From: Antedon mediterranea
Lineage: Eukaryota > Animalia > Echinodermata
Length of the DNA stretch: 64,000 bases
Reading direction: 5' to 3'
NCBI RefSeq assembly: GCF_964355755.1
Contig: NC_092670.1
Span: forward strand, 26,770,795-26,834,794
Every line of letters begins with the position of its first letter. Within the stretch, counting starts at the first letter, position 1. This document shows, piece after piece, positions 61,331-64,000 of the stretch. A program made the translations under genes and the position numbers. The notes beneath the pieces were generated by a model. That model saw only the letters and a list, made by a program, of their open reading frames with translations. It did no database searches and was not told the DNA's origin.

Positions 61331-61814
61331 ATGTAATGTCTTGATAATATTATTGATAAAATTTGAAGTTTGATGTTGTTTGTTCGTTATTTTTACAATT
61401 TAGTGCCCAAAACACCATCTTTGTTGAGCTTTGCCATTGCGATCCCCATGTTTAATTATCGTCTATCCCCACTCGTCATCCCTATCTCGATCGAGTTTTT
61501 AAGCGAAGTGTGGTATCTTCCTACTACACACTTAACTAAAGGATATAGACATAGTAAAGAAACACCTTGCTTTGTGTTGTGGTATGTTTGTAACTAAATA
61601 AGTATAGTCAAAGTTGAAAAGTTTGTTTTTATATTATCTGTATAACTTTGCTAATCTTTGATTATAACATTTTATCCTGTTGTTGCTATCAATGGATTAA
61701 AAAAAATATAACAGTCTCTAGATTTTGATCAACTTTCCTCTGTATCTGTTGAAATAATAATTTTGCTTGATTTACTTTACTATTTCATACTTTCATTCTT
61801 TTTTATTAAACAAG

Positions 61815-62034
61815 TTCACCATGTTGAGCCTGTAAAAACCAACATAAAGTCAGATGTGTATCCACAAGAACCATATCACAACCCAGATGGTGCTGGGGAA
61901 AATGGAAAAGCAGTTATCATCCCACCAGAAAAAGAGGAGCTTCAGAAAGAGATGTTTAAGATCAACCAGTTTAACCTGATGGCAAGTGACATGATCTCTT
62001 TAAACAGGTCACTTCCAGATGTTCGAATGGATGG
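61815..62034 (+). CDS. GALNT1: GALNT1/GALNT13-like, next recognisable coding exon (stem and start of catalytic domain)
   Basis: [41 protein letters not shown] is close to the GALNT1 motif; acceptor CAAG| at 61814 is phase 1 (compatible with the 49280 donor); donor GG|GTAAGA at 62035. Confidence 0.9.
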
Positions 62035-63229
62035 GTAAGAAGACTTGACTGCTTTTAGATAGATATAAAATAGAACTACTGTATTTACGGCTATTGATTT
62101 GTTATAAACTATCCCTTCACTTTAAAATTATGTAGGCTAAAAAATTAAAGCAATAGTGGATATGGAACTTTAGACTTTACTTTTTACTGTTCAGACTTAT
62201 TACTTACAATAAAATAAAGACGCTAAAGAAAAATTGTGCCGTGTGAATTAGATGATGCGCGCAAACACATAACGAAAGTATAAAATGCCAAACTATATTA
62301 TATTGGGTGTTTTTCGTGATGTATTAATTATTTGATACATATAGAGATAAAATAAAAAAGTGGACAAAAATCGAATGAAAAACACATTGCTGCTGTTCAT
62401 TCATTTACATTTTATTTTTATTTCACTGGTTTTGACATTTTGCAATTTTTGTTGTATTTTGTATGGGAGATTTGTTACCTACTATACTGGCTACTTTTGT
62501 AATTAATTTGTGGTGTACCAGTAACCCACACGGTTTTTCTGCCTTTAAATTAATTAACTTGGCATGATTAAGTATAATAAAAGCGCACTCTTCATGGCCC
62601 CTGACAAATTATTTAAAAAACACAAAACAGATTGTCAAGAATACAATTCGGAACTATTTACGGCCATTGAATTGTTATACGTGGAGTATTCCTTTACTTT
62701 GAAATATCTGTAAGCTACAAAATGAAAGCAATACTGGATTTCACCAGAAAGTGACAACATGCATGAGCGGTACAGACTTCTGAGAGTAAAACATTTTTTA
62801 TGATAAAATATGAATTTGTAGGTTATCGAATTAAGATGTGAAGTATTGGAATAATAACAATGGTTATGGACTCAACACAAAAAGTAGTCGAAATTGATGA
62901 GTCGATGATGAGCTTGGACACAAACATTTTGGGTGTATTTTTCGGAAACACGACACTCGTCATTTGGTTTTATTTGTGGTTTTCTTTTTATTTACATTTT
63001 TGTTTATTTCATGGGTTTTTTATATTCCCCTTACCCAACAACAAACTCCCATAAAATGCCAAAACGTTATTAATTATTTATTTTGTGGAAACACCTATAT
63101 TTGTGTGTATTTTGTTTGTTCATTTACATTTTTTTTCATGTGTGTTTTTTCATATCTTTTTTGCTAGTTTTGTAATTACATTGTGGTTTAATTTTGATTT
63201 TTAGCTTTAAACGGTGATACTTAATAATT

Positions 63230-63310
63230 ACACATGTCGCGGATTGAACTCGAAGCTACTAAGCATTGATATCAATGGTCACAGCGATTTGCTCACTGAG
63301 CCAAACCGTG
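63230..63310 (-). repeat. Degenerate tRNA-derived (Pol III A/B box) segment
   Basis: - strand TGGCTCAGTGAG ... GAGTTCAATCC; no intact cloverleaf. Confidence 0.45.
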
Positions 63311-64000
63311 ATCTACAAAATACATTTTGTTTCCAGGATAGGTGTAATTAATTAAAACTTCATCATTTGATACAGTTGACTAAAGACTGTTTATTTAGCG
63401 ACCTGGCATGGTATTTGTAGATCCGGCCATGGCGGTACACAACAGAGGAGGTTGCGTAGTTTATACAGTGACATAACATGGTCGCTGAAACGTCAAATAA
63501 CTGCCTTGTTTTAGTGTTTATCCTTAAAATTTAGGAAAGTGACAAACCCTATCGTGTGCGGCCCCTCAATAAACTTCAGTGTGCCAAATGTGAGCACGTA
63601 CCTTTCAGTGGTTTTGGAGGAGATGCGTAAAATTACACGAAAAATTTAGTAGCAATAATATATTGATTATAATTATTATAAAATTCAAGTCTAGAGAGGG
63701 CAGCAAACTTCAAAACCAAGTTGTCAGTCAATTTTTTTTTTCTTTTTGTATGCCTGCTGCTACTACCCTTTGTTATTTAAATTAATCAGGATAATGTAAT
63801 ATAAAGAAAACTCAACACAATGTACAGGAATATGTTCCCTGAAAAAAATAATTGGAAACAAATGTTTTGTTGAATAGGTCACTTTATACTTTATAGTTGG
63901 AGGAAAATTATTTACTTGCTATGATGTTTACTTTTAGTGAAATCATTATTCTTTAGTTTAGTTATTAGATGATCATATAAAATAAAATGATCGCCATAGT

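Overview
AT-rich eukaryotic (invertebrate animal; a marine deuterostome such as an echinoderm is my inference) genomic DNA dominated by nested transposable elements. The only host gene I can support is a + strand polypeptide N-acetylgalactosaminyltransferase of the GALNT1/GALNT13 type: coding exons 49127-49280 and 61815-62034, continuing beyond the window, with a possible far-upstream non-coding first exon near 6.3 kb. Retroelements: one apparently intact 4.4-kb single-ORF LINE (22004-26401, - strand; 2A-like StopGo motif, PHD, APE, RT; 5-bp TSD), several decayed LINEs, two Penelope-like elements (one with a minimal hammerhead ribozyme), a DIRS1-type remnant and a tRNA-SINE. DNA elements: a decayed AcademX transposon (TAG..CTA termini, 3-bp TSD), four Helentron-type non-autonomous elements (three carrying a tRNA-like Pol III cassette), a 4-kb foldback element with minisatellite arms (TGT..ACA, 5-bp TSD), and many MITEs (Harbinger, piggyBac, Tc1/mariner, Kolobok-like, IS3EU-like, CMC/EnSpm-like). 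All calls come from reading the sequence and the ORF track by eye. No searches were run, superfamily labels are inferred from termini, TSDs and motifs, and boundaries without a TSD are approximate.
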